Both the position numbers and the translations under genes were made by a program. Below the pieces are notes generated by a model, which saw only the letters and a program-made list of their open reading frames with translations, did not search any database and was not told the DNA's origin. DNA of 63,227 nt, filler included, from Octopus bimaculoides (Eukaryota), in NCBI RefSeq assembly GCF_001194135.2. It is 8 parts of 7 records of this genome, joined end to end, with 100 filler letters (N's around TTAATTAATTAA, not from the genome) between each part and the next. Parts side by side here need not be neighbours in the genome. Positions count along the whole stretch, not along the records: positions 24,554 to 44,924 come from NC_068983.1; 7 more parts are not named here. One strand, written 5' to 3'. How positions within the stretch are numbered: the stretch's first letter is position 1; every line of letters begins with the position of its first letter. This document shows, one piece after another, positions 26,280 through 37,449 of the stretch.

Positions 26280-27289
26280 AATCCTGTTCTGTGTTCAAAT
26301 TATGCTGAGGATAAACTTGTCTTTCATCATTTTAGGGTTACTCTTTTAGTCTTTTGTTTATTTCAGCTTGTGAGCTCTGGTTATGCTGGCGTAATAAAAT
26401 ATGAGAACAGTTGAGTTTATTTCAGATATTCTCATTTTAAAAATTATCATTGAGAGGACGTTGGTGTTGCCTTGGTGGAGGCTTACGCTCTGGGTGATCT
26501 TGTTATTATTATGAGTTCAAATTCTGCTGAGGTCGCCTTCACCTTTCATCCTTCCAGAGTCAATGAAATAAGTACCAGTTTTGTGTGATGTTTGTCCCTC
26601 ACCACTGCTTCACAAACAGTGTTGGTTTGTTTATGTCCCTGTAACATAACAGTGGCACAAAAGAGGCCAATAGAATTACTTAAAAATTGCCACCAGTACT
26701 TAAAAATAATAAGTACTAAGGCAAGTTGCTTGACCAAACTGTTCAAGGCAGTGCCCCAGCATGGCCACAGTCCAAAGATTGAAACAAGTAAAAGACATAA
26801 GGGTTGATTAAATAATTTAGTCATGTACCAAACAGAGCCCTATTGACTAAACAGGGATCAATCTTATTTTCCATATTTAAAGGCTTAATAAAATAATTAC
26901 CTAATTATATATGTGTGGGTTCAATCAGCTATAAAGGGATCAATTATGCTTTTCATATTTTTAGGGTTGATTAAATAGTTACTAGTTATGTTCAGTTCAC
27001 TTGACTAAACAACAATCAGTTCTAGCGTTCATATTTCAAGGACTGATAAAAGAACTATTGATTGTGCATCGGATTAGATTTAACTGACTATACAGGGCTT
27101 ATTTCTATCTTTTTATGATTCAAGGATGAATAAAATAATCACCAGTCATGTACTAGACTGAACTCCATTAACTAAACCAGATTTACTAGTTATGGACCAT
27201 ATTGGATCAGTTAACTATGCAGAGATAATGTTTCAATGATTGATAAAGTAATTGTTCTCTATGAGATTGGGTTTAATTAAATATATATA

Positions 27290-27940
27290 GGCACAGGCAT
27301 GGATGTGTGTGGTAAGAAGCTTGCTTTCCAGCCACATAAATCAAGGTTCATTCCTACTGTTTGGCACCTTGGGCAAGTGTCTTCTATTATAGCCTGGGGA
27401 CGACCAAAACCTTGGGAGAGGGTTTGGTAGACGGAAAGTAAAAGAAGGCAGCGGCGAGCTGGCAGAAACATTAGCATGCCAGGTGAAATACTTAGTGGTA
27501 TTTCGTCTGTCTTTACGTTCTGAGTTCAAATTCCGCCAAGGTCGACTTTGCCTTTCATCCTTTCGGGGTTGATTAAATAAGTACCAGTTATGCACTGGGG
27601 TTGATATAATCGACTTAATCCGTTTGTCTGTCCTTGTTTGTCTCCTCTGTGTGTAGCCCCTTGTGGGCAGTAAAGAAATAAGAAACTAAAAGAAGCCCAT
27701 CGCATATGTCTGTGTGTGTGTGTCTTTGCATCTATGTGAGTCCCCCACCCCCACTTGACAACCAATATTAGTGTGTTTATGTCCCAATAACATGGCAGTT
27801 CAGTAAAATGGACTGATAGAATAAATACGAGGCTTCAAAAGAGAAGTACTGGGGTCATTTCACTTCCCTAAAAACCCTTCAAAACAGCACTCCAGCATGG
27901 CCACAGTTTCATGAGTGAAACATGTAAAAGATAAAAGATA
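27290..27940 (+). mobile_element. Family A SINE containing a nested family B SINE
   Basis: Family A head and core at 27290-27447 and remainder at 27696-27940; the insertion is flanked by AAAGTAAAAGAAG / AAACTAAAAGAAG. Confidence 0.8.
27448..27682 (+). mobile_element. tRNA SINE family B (Nin/Deu-like core), tail type 1
   Basis: GCGGCGAGCTGGCAG...GAGTTCAAATTCCGCC (B box), core GTCGACTTTGCCTTTCATCCTTTCGGGGTTGATTAAATAAGTACCAG, tail CCCCTTGTGGGCAGTAAAGAAATAAG. Confidence 0.88.
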
Positions 27941-28074
27941 GCAATCACTTCCATCCCACAATTGAAGGGTTCATTAAATAATTGTTAGTCAACAGATAGG
28001 GTCCAGTTGACAAAACAAGGCTCAGTTTTATTTTCCAAGTTTCGAGAATAGATAAATACCCTAATTTTAGACTG

Positions 28075-28490
28075 GGTAGTAGTAGTGTTGGTGGTAGTAG
28101 TAATAGTAGTAGTGTTGGTGGTGATGGTGGTGGTAGTAGTAGTCGCGGTTGTTGTTGTGGTGGTGCTAGTAGCAGTAGTAGTAGTGATGTTTGTGGTGGT
28201 AGTAGTAATAGTAGTAATAATAGTAGTAGTAGTAGTAGTGTTGTTGTTGGTGGTGGTGGTGGTGGTGGTGGTGGTGGTGATGATGATGGTGGTGGTGGTA
28301 GTTGTTGTTGTGGTGGTGCTAGTAGTGGTGTTTGTGGTGGTGGGTAGTAGCAGTAATAGTAGTAATAATAGTAGTAGTGTTGGTGGTGGTGGTGGTAGTA
28401 GTAGCAATGGTGGTAGTGGTGGCAATGGCATTGTTAGTGATGATAGTGTTGGTAGTAGTTGTAGTACAGCAGATGGTAGTTGTTATACAA
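28075..28490. repeat. Compound trinucleotide microsatellite (GTA/GTG/GTT)n
   Basis: Directly visible; explains the poly-V, poly-T and poly-S/G ORFs. Confidence 0.95.
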
Positions 28491-28812
28491 GCACTAGTAA
28501 AAACATTAGTAGTTAGTAAGTAAGTAGTACACAACTGATTATAGACGCTGCTTTTTTTCAATGCTGCACTGAAGAACTCCGAACCAAGTATTGAAACATT
28601 GTTGTAACGCAAGAAATAAAATAGCTTTTTTTTTCTTTTACTTTTCTTTTTTGGTTCCTGACAAGAATTGTTTTACATATTTGGATATAAAACACGCAAA
28701 GAGAAAATAAAAATAACCAAAATACAAAGAATTTTATGTCAATGTGCTGAGAAAGTAACTTTTAAAGAGAATTTATTTCGAGGCTGAATAGTTTCTTATC
28801 ATAATTGCACAG

Positions 28813-28905
28813 TTCCAGCATCAAACAGCATCTCTGCATATGAAGATGGAGATGGCGAGGTAGGATTGGCTGAAATTTTTGCTGCACTTGTCAACAAATT
28901 GTTAT
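28813..28905 (+). CDS. Candidate internal coding exon (unidentified; weak EF-hand-loop resemblance)
   Basis: Acceptor tttcttatcataattgcacAG; 93-nt phase 1-1 open exon (V)PASNSISAYEDGDGEVGLAEIFAALVNKLL; donor T|GTATGA (alternative GAG|GTAGGA at 28859). Confidence 0.3.
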
Positions 28906-29149
28906 GTATGAATTCATATTTTACACGCTAAAATGTGATATTAATATGGATAATATTTGCAGTTTGATGCATTGTGTTAAGTGTACGTACATATTTATCT
29001 ATGTGTGTACATAGTCATATACACACACACACACACACACGTTAAGATTTATGCATAAACACACAAACACAAAATACATAAATACATATAACAAGTATTC
29101 ATGCGTATATACGAGATATATACATACACAAATATATATTGTGTGTATG

Positions 29150-29222
<73 letters not shown>

Positions 29223-29408
29223 CACACACACATTATATATTTACATATATATATAAAAGCAGTATATATACATACACATGCATGCACAAATATATATCAT
29301 GTGTATATGTATTTTATATATATATATATATACACATCTATCTATATGTATATATATATATATATATATATACATACATCTATTTATATATATACATCTA
29401 TCTATATT

Positions 29409-29458
<50 letters not shown>

Positions 29459-29785
29459 CAAACAAACATGTATAACATTTGCTACTTTATTTTCTGAGTC
29501 CGTTAAGAGGTATAATCTGCATAATAGCACCAGATATTGTTGATGCTTTATTTTCCTCTGAGGCATGATATCAAATCTGAAACAATATTACGTGCAAATT
29601 GCCAAAAGGAAATGCTTCCAGTGGAGTACTTAAAATACAGTTAGGTGCCTGGAATGCTTTCCCACAATCTTGGACATCTTTGGACAGTGAGTTCATAACC
29701 ATAACCAAGACAGATTGGACTGCATGGCATTGACACCAACAATGCTTGGCTGCCCTCTCTAATGCCAACCTTTTTACAACAAATA

Positions 29786-30010
29786 GAGGGCGGGTGCTGA
29801 AAAGTTGCTAGCTTTGGGTAAAAGAAAATACAGAGGGATCAGTTTATTATGATTTTATTTACTTTGATAGGTTTCGGCGATGTCTAACTTAATAGCACCA
29901 CCTTCAAGATATTCCCCTTTCAGAATCACACACTTATCACAAAGGCCCTTCAGTTTTTCTAAAGAAAAACTCGAAAGTTTGGGCCACCAACCAGGCCTTT
30001 TGTGATGTTC
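29786..30010. mobile_element. Second copy of the mariner-derived MITE (right end lost, ~43-bp extra segment)
   Basis: GAGGGCGGGTGCTGAAAAGTTGCTAGCTTTG...AAAGAAAATACAG is homologous to 22240; the minus strand reads LEKLKGLCDKCVILKGEYLE. Confidence 0.75.
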
Positions 30011-30145
30011 AACAAAGGAGACTGATGGAATAAGCACAAGGCTTTAAAAAATAAGTGATGGAATTGATTCATTTGATTAAAATGCCTTTAAGATAATGCC
30101 CCAGCATGGCCACAGTCTAATAACTGAAACAAGTAAAAGGTAAGA

Positions 30146-30305
30146 TAATCTTTTCTACTTTAGGCACAAGGCCTGAAATTTTTTTTGAGGGGGGGGGACC
30201 AGTCGATTAGATTAATCCCAGTATACAACTGGTACTTAATTTATTGACCCCGCAAGGATGAAATGCAAAGTCGACCTCGGCAGAATTTGAACTCAGAATG
30301 TAAAA
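30146..30305 (-). mobile_element. Family B SINE, tail type 2, 5'-truncated
   Basis: TCTTTTCTACTTTAGGCACAAGGCCTGAAAT...AAAGTCGACCTCGGCAGAATTTGAACTCAGAA. Confidence 0.75.
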
Positions 30306-30339
30306 ACAGAAAAGGTAAGATAATCACCTCTATCGTGAT

Positions 30340-30783
30340 TGAACCAAATTCGATGACTGGCACCTGTGCCAGTGGAGCGCTAAGTGCACCGTCTAAGCAT
30401 GATCATTGCCAGAGCAGCTGTCTGGCTTCCATGCCAGTGGCACCTAAATAGCACCATTTGTGCGTGATCATTACCAGCGTCGCCTTACTGGCATATGAAA
30501 AAAGCATTCAACCGAGGTCGTTGCCAGTGCCCCTGGACTGGCTCCTGTGCAGGTGGCACATAAAAAACATCATTTTGAGTGCGGCAGTTGCCAGTACTGC
30601 CGACATGTAAAAGCACCCACTACACTCTTGGAGTGGTTGGTGTCAGGAAGGGCATCCAGCTGTAGAAACTGTGCCAAATCAGATTGGAGCCTGGTGCAGC
30701 CATCTGGTTCGCCAGTCCTCAGTCAAATCGTCCAACCCATGCCAGCATGGAAAGCAGACGTTAAACGATGATGATGATGATGA
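30340..30783 (+). mobile_element. Non-autonomous retroposon family C ((GAT)n tail, internal tandem GTGGCAC..AAAAAGCACC units)
   Basis: Several ~58-bp internal units, then CACCCACTACACTC..GAGTGGTTGG..TAGGAAGGGCATCCAGC...GCATGGAAAGCAGACGTTAAACGATGATGAT. An RTE-type tail is inferred from recall. Confidence 0.8.
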
Positions 30784-30789
30784 TCCAAA

Positions 30790-31230
30790 CCTCAATCCTA
30801 TGGCTTCATTTCTTTTAAGCCTCTGCATGTCCTCAGCTATCACAGCCCATGTTTCACTGCTGTGTAGCATTGCTGTTCACACACAAGTATCATACAATCT
30901 GCTTTTCACTCTGAGGGAGAGGCGCTTTGTTACCAGCAGAAGTAGAAGCACTCTGAATTTTGCCCAGCCTATACTTATTCTCACAGCTCCACTCTCAGAA
31001 CATCCTCTGCTACTAACTTGGTTACCTAAATAATAGAAGCTATCTACTACCTCTAGCTTACCCAACTGACAGTTGATGGAGTCTATTTTCTCTACATATC
31101 TGGTGTTTATTGTACCTGTGCATCTTCCACACACAAAAGCTATTTTCTCGGTTAACCTTCCTCTGATATTGCTGCACCTTACCAGAGATATAGCACAGTG
31201 GTGCTTCTCCTTGGCACTAGACCAAACTGC
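30790..31230 (-). mobile_element. Decayed RTE-clade LINE fragment with large internal deletion
   Basis: MQFGLVPRRSTT near 31230, then directly CGRCTG...LEVVDSFYYLG...RISIGWAKFR.LL.LL..K.LSLRVKSRLYDTCV*TAMLHSSETW. These are post-RT RTE motifs; frameshifts and stops are present. Confidence 0.85.
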
Positions 31231-31233
31231 ATA

Positions 31234-31308
<75 letters not shown>

Positions 31309-31473
31309 NNNNNNNNNNNNNNNNNNNNNNNNNNNNNNNNNNNNNNNNNNNNNNNNNNNNNNNNNNNNNNNNNNNNNNNNNNNNNNNNNNNNNNNNNNNN
31401 NNNNNNNNNNNNNNNNNNNNNNNNNNNNNNNNNNNNNNNNNNNNNNNNNNNNNNNNNNNNNNNNNNNNTATAT

Positions 31474-31527
<54 letters not shown>

Positions 31528-32384
31528 TAGAGAAAGGGGGGGGCAGACATACATTTACACATATATGTATGTTTTTGTATGTGCTTGTGTATACACACAT
31601 ATACATACCTGTGCAGACATACATGAACACAATGTATACACGTATATGTAATACCATCATCATCATCATCCTCATCATCATCATCATCGTTTAACGTCTG
31701 CTTTTCATGCTAGCATGGGTTGGACGATTTGACTGAGGACTGGTGAACCAGGTGGCTATATATATATATATATACACATACACAAATACACATGATGTTG
31801 ATGATGATACACACACAATAACAATACATTCACTCAAATATGTTTGTAGAACCAGTTTATATATATACATATATATATATATATATTGATGATACATGTA
31901 TATATTATTATTATTTATATACCTGATTTTGTCTTTATTTCAATGTGTCTTATGAAACAGTTTCTGTTATTAGATTTTGTCATCGACCTTGCAATTTTTA
32001 TTTATATTATTTATTTATTTATGAATTTTGCCATTATTTGTGTTATTTTTGTTTTTGTTAGTGTTTTTGTTTTTTCCTGCTGTTTTGTTTTTTTCTGAAA
32101 CTTCAGCTCAATACGTCTTCAAATTCTTAATGCTTAAGGGTAACTTCGAAACTAGCTTCGTAAAAGATAATAGGTATTTGGTGAGCCTTTGCTTCTATGT
32201 TGTCATAGAACTTGGTTCAAACCGTAAAATCTATTTTCTCATTATATTCAGAAAAGTCTTCACATTCCTTTGATCATTGGAATCTTTTATGTTACAGAGT
32301 TCCTCATCACTAGCAACTTTTTCTGGCAAGGACGGAAATCAGATAGTTCTTTGTTTAAGGTTTTATAAATGGAAGCATTAAAAT

Positions 32385-32462
<78 letters not shown>

Positions 32463-33510
32463 TCAATGAAACAATAAATAAAAAGATATTTTTCTTTTAA
32501 TGTTCTCGGAATTTATTATTTGCAATTTAGAAAATATAATTGTGTAAGAGTTCGTATATTTTAGCAAACTTTGGAAAGAAGTTTTTTTTATATTTTTAAA
32601 ATTGTATACATTGTGTGCTTATAGTTTAGACACAGGTGTATACATATGTGTATATATTCATACTCACACACACATATATATGTGTGTATATGTATGTGTG
32701 TAAATATATATATACACATATATATGTATATATATATACACACATATCTGTATACACACATATCATACATTATATATACATGCATACATATAGATGTATA
32801 TTCATATACATGCACAAGCATACCCACCCATTTTTATGTTGCTTTTATTTCCCTCCCATTTGCAGAAAATGCAAAAAAAAAAAGAAAAAAAGAAATAAGT
32901 GGTGAAAATTAGAAGCTCTCAAAATTCTTTGTGCAGAAAGAGTTTCCATTAACTGGATGTGGCCATCTCACCAACAGATGAACACAATTGAAACAACATG
33001 TAGCTCCACCTCCATTCAAAGCAACGAAGACAGGTGAAGAGAAATCTGCAGCATTCATGTAGTTTATTGATACATATTGACAAGAACTTTCTAAAATACC
33101 AAAATGGTATTTAGAAAGATTTTTTTTTTTTTTCAATTCTGTAATTATTAAATAGATGCTGCAAACAAAAATAATCATATTATACACATTTACATCTTGT
33201 TTGTATATACCCTATACATTCTTAAATTTCCACAAGCCTCTCCTAGTTCCTGTTTTCTTTTAATCTTTTGTCTTTAATTTGTTCCAGTCATTAGGCTGTG
33301 GCCATGCTGGGGCACTGCCTTGAAGGATTTTAGCTGAACGAATTAACCCTAGTATTTATTATCTTTTAAGTCTTGCACTTTTTATATTGGTGTATTTTGT
33401 CTAACTGCTAAGTTACAGAGATGTAAACACACCAACACAGGATGTCAAATGCTGGTGGGAGACAAAGACACAAAGATACACACCCATAAATGTGTGTGTG
33501 TATATATGCA

Positions 33511-33543
<33 letters not shown>

Positions 33544-33569
33544 CTGCTTCAAATTTATAGAAAAACAAA

Positions 33570-33740
33570 GATGAAGACAGGTGTAGGAACAGCAAACTGG
33601 TTTAATGCTCGGGAAAAAATGGAAAAGTCTTTTAATGTTTCAAGCCTACGCTCTTCGATAAAGGAATAAGAGGAAATAAATAGAGAGAGAATGAAAAACA
33701 AACGACGTTGAGTTCAGTGGTCATGTAAATGGGCTTCTTT
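33570..33740 (-). mobile_element. Probable Penelope-like pseudo-LTR remnant with decayed hammerhead motif
   Basis: Minus strand 33664-33629: CCTTT-ATCGA-AGAGC-GTAG-GCTT-GAAAC-ATT-AAAAG. Stem II and GAAAC are retained; the CUGANGA core and cleavage triplet are mutated. Confidence 0.4.
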
Positions 33741-34270
33741 CAGTTTTCATCTACCAAATCCACTCACAAGTCTTTGGTCGGCCTGTGGCTGAAGTAAAAG
33801 ACACTTGCCCAAGGTTCAACAGAATGAGACTAAACTTGGAAGCATGTCGTTGGAAAGCAAACTTCTTACCACACAGCCATGCCTGCACCTTGAGCTAATT
33901 TGTTTTTCTAAATATAAAATAAGAATTAGAATCCCTCCTTGATGACTTTCATCTTCCAAGAAAAGTAATATTCCCCCATGACCGGACATGTTTTCATGGA
34001 AGAATTGAAATAGACACCGCTTGCATGACAATGATGTTTGTTTACATCCATCACATGAAGTCAAAGTATGGAAAGCTAACTAAAGACCTGTCAATGGATT
34101 TGATAGACAGAGACTGAAAGAAGCCCTTCATGTGTGTCTTTGTGTCTATTTGTCCCCACAATGGTTTGACAGCCTGTGTTGGTATGTTTACATCCCCATG
34201 ACTTAGTAGTTCAGCAAAAGTGATAGATAGAATAAGTACTAGGCTTTAAAAAAAATATTAGGGTCAATTC

Positions 34271-34498
34271 ACATTATTTACATTTGACGGATATTTGTCC
34301 TCGTCTTGTTTGTTGTTAACACATTTCGGCTAATATACCCTCCAGCCTTCATCAGGTGTTTTGGGGAAATTTCAAACCTGGGTTCTCATTCTTTAGGTAT
34401 TTTTCAATGTTATTATTATTATCCAGGTCACTGCCTGGAATCGAACTCGGAATCTTATGGTTAGTAGCCCGCACTCTTAAACACTATGCCATATGCCC
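34271..34498 (-). mobile_element. tRNA(Arg)-like SINE with hammerhead-like 3' module
   Basis: The minus-strand head GGGCATATGGCATAGTGTTTAAGAGTGCGGGCTACTAACCATAAGATTCCGAGTTCGATTCCAGGC has A/B boxes and resembles tRNA-Arg(ACG). It is followed by an (AAT)n linker and AACAC-CTGATGA-AGGCTG...TAGCC-GAAA-T-GTGTT. Inserted into a CORE-type SINE. Confidence 0.7.
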
Positions 34499-35718
34499 AG
34501 CAGTGCTATAGCATGGCCACAGTCTCATGACTTAAACAAGTAAAAGATAAAAGATACCTATTTGTTTGATCATCAATTAATCTATTTCTTATATAATCCT
34601 AACAAAGGGTTAATGTTTTACTCTTAAATCTGGCAACGACAAAAAAAAAAACTCTGCTCTAATTTGTAAAAGAGTATTATTTATTATTGATGGTATTGGT
34701 TATAGAATATTGAACAGCAGAGATGATGGTCGTTTTTGAGAAACATAATTAGAAGTAGTTCAGCAAATTTATCGGTTCTGGAAAAAAAAAAAAGAAACTC
34801 TGTTTAGTTACAAGTTAGCATTTATGGCTATTGAAATTAAAAGAGTTGTTTAACCGGAATTGGCAACCGTTTTCAAGCTCTATTAGTTTTCACAACTATT
34901 TTATTCCTTTCGACTTACCAAGTGCTATATAGTCATTGATTGAAGCCCATCCTACCCAGCAGGAAAAGAAAAAAAGAGAGAAAGAAAATCTATTAAAATT
35001 ACTAAATCTATCTGACATTTATGAGGAGTCAAATGGTGCTTTGCCAAGCTATTAAGGAATCGGTTTGGGCTGTTAAACTTCAGAAAGTGCATGAGAGAAT
35101 ATAATATGGTGTATATATATTCTTGCTTTTTATATAATGTATCTAATTTTGTTTGTTTAACTTTGAAGAATTGATCTCATTGTTCAGGTACCTATTGTGG
35201 ATACAATACTAGTTACAGGAAGTACTCTTTAATCTTGAAGTTATATTACATGCAAACCAAGCATTGTTGCTTTTATTTTGGTAAATTGCAACAAATCAGT
35301 AAATCACAAGCCGAAATATCTTGCCTTTATTTACATTCTGAGTTCAAATTCCATTACTGCCAACATAATCTTTCACCCACCTGTGGTCAAAGCAATAAAA
35401 AGTCACTTGTGGATTTGAGTTTGCAAGATGTCATTTTGAGGTTTGGTGGCAACAAATATCCTCAAATCTCAAGAATTTTTTTTCGGATTCTTGAAGAATA
35501 CATTAGTGGCACTTTTCTGCAGATTTACAATACATGTTTTAATCCTAGTATTCTTTCAACCATTTTATGTAGCATTTTGGATGTTGTGCCAAGTGCACCA
35601 ATTATCACGGGGAACAATTGCCACCTCATCTTCCACAATCTCTTGCTTCCTGGATAGGTCTTGATTTTTCCCAATTTCTTTGGTATCCATTGTATTATCA
35701 GTTGGTATTGCTAAGACT

Positions 35719-35975
35719 GTGGAGGCACGTGGCGTAGTGGTTAGGGTGTCAGCATCATGATCGTAATATTGTGGTTTCGATTCCTGGACCGGGCAATGCA
35801 TTGTGTTCTTGAGCAAAACATTTCATTTCACGTTGCTCCAGTCCACTCAGCTGGCAAAAATGAGTAACGCTGTGATGGACTAGTGTCCCGTCCAGCTGGG
35901 GAATACATATGCCATTGAAACTAGTAAAATGGGGCCATGAGCCTGGCTAGGCTTTAAAAGGGTGCATTTATTTAT
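35719..35975 (+). mobile_element. tRNA-derived SINE, family E, full length with 13-bp TSD
   Basis: Head GGAGGCACGTGGCGTAGTGGTTAGGG...GGTTTCGATTCCTGG, (TTTA)n tail, TSD TATTGCTAAGACT at 35706-18 and 35976-88. Confidence 0.9.
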
Positions 35976-36525
35976 TATTGCTAAGACTATATTCTTTCAC
36001 TGTTGTTTATTTTGTCCTCTATAATCATATTTGGTCTTATTGATTCAAGAATATGGTCAGTCTGTGTGGAGAATCCTACAAATCCTGTAACCACCATTCA
36101 CCATTACATCATGTGGTTCCTGCTCATACCACTTTTCTACACTTGGCAACATCCCAATGCACTCTTTTACTGGCACGGTCATGTCTGCACTTATACTCTT
36201 TTTGTGCTAGCTTACAGCATTTACATAAGGAACTCTTAATACTTTCATCTTCTTCTCCACAGATTCTGGATTTGTTCTCTGAGTTGTCATTAATATCTCT
36301 CACCTTACCCACACTCCATACTTACTTCCTCTGCCCACTTCTCTAACCAACCCTCTGTCGCTCTCTCCTCATACTCTTAAATGTACCCACTCTCCACTCC
36401 CCTAATCCATTATGTGTTTCCCCTCTTATACTCCTCTTCTCGTGCCTTTGGAGGTTGCTGTGACACTGCATCTCTGCCATCTTTATCTCTTTCCAACTAC
36501 TCCCACCCACAACTATATAATGTGT

Positions 36526-36756
36526 TATTTGTTTACTACCCACAAGGGGCTACACACAGAGGGGACAAACGAGGACAGACAAACGGATTAAGTTGATTAT
36601 ATTGACCCCAGTGCATAACTGGTACTTATTTAATTGACCCCAAAAGGATGAAAGGCAAAGTCGACCTTGGCTGAATTTGAACTCAGAACGTAGCGGCAGA
36701 TGAAATACCGCTAAGCATTTCGCCCGGCATGCTAACGTTTCTGCCAGCTCGCCGCC
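36526..36756 (-). mobile_element. Family B SINE, tail type 1, with 12-bp TSD
   Basis: Reverse complement of 27448-27682; TSD TATATAATGTGT at 36514-25 and 36757-68. Confidence 0.9.
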
Positions 36757-37449
36757 TATATAATGTGTGGTCACCATGCATCCCCTCTGTAGCAAAACAA
36801 CTGTCCTTGTCCCTCTATCATAACCTTCGCATTAAACTAACTCTCTTCCCCTCAAATAATCCCCTTCACTTAATATTGGGAGTTTTCTCCCTGTTCTCTT
36901 TTGCAGTCTTGTAAGCTGCTTGGCCACCTCACTAGTGCAAATGCACACTGCAAAGTGGTTGGCATTAGGAAGAATATCCTACCTTAAAAACCACGCCAAC
37001 ATCGAGAACAGACGTTAAATGATGGTCATTATCATAACCAGCATTCTTTATTTCCTGCATCCTCAGTTCATTACATGAATTGGTCATTCCTTCTCTTTCA
37101 AGTTTTCCATCTTGTTCTTCCCTCTGTTCTTGAATCCCACCATTTTTCAGTGTTTTTTTTTTTTGACATTTCTGGCTTTAGTCGAGGTCAACTTTGCCTT
37201 TCATCTTTCTGGAGTCAATTGAATAAACTATCAGTCAAAAGGTGATGGTCAAGAGTAGCAAAGCTGATGGAGAACTCGCTATTAATTGGGAAGACCTTCA
37301 TTGTAGTGTCATCAACGTGCTGCAGTCATATGATACCTGATGACCCCAGTCAAATACTGGGGTAGGTTTAACTGACTGACCTCACACCTTGCTAAAGTGC
37401 TGGTCATGTACTTTAATTAGAAAAAAGTAAAATGCTATTTAAAAACACC

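Larger units (their letters stand above)
35440..36830 (-). mobile_element. Decayed R4/Dong-type (restriction-like endonuclease) non-LTR retrotransposon 3' region, split by two SINEs
   Basis: SRICGEEDESI...CKCCKLAQKEYKCRHDRASKRVHWDV (zinc-finger/RHD motif, 36124-36312), then across frameshifts IRPNMIIED / AIPTDNTMDTKEIGKNQDL / RLWKMRWQLFPVIIGALGTT (RLE-domain motifs, 35560-36060). The assignment upstream of ~36320 is weaker. Confidence 0.75.

Noticed and set aside
37336-37365. CTGATGA followed by the stem CCCCAGT/ACTGGGG as a hammerhead
   Set aside because: No GAAA after the stem; the stem belongs to the SINE core.
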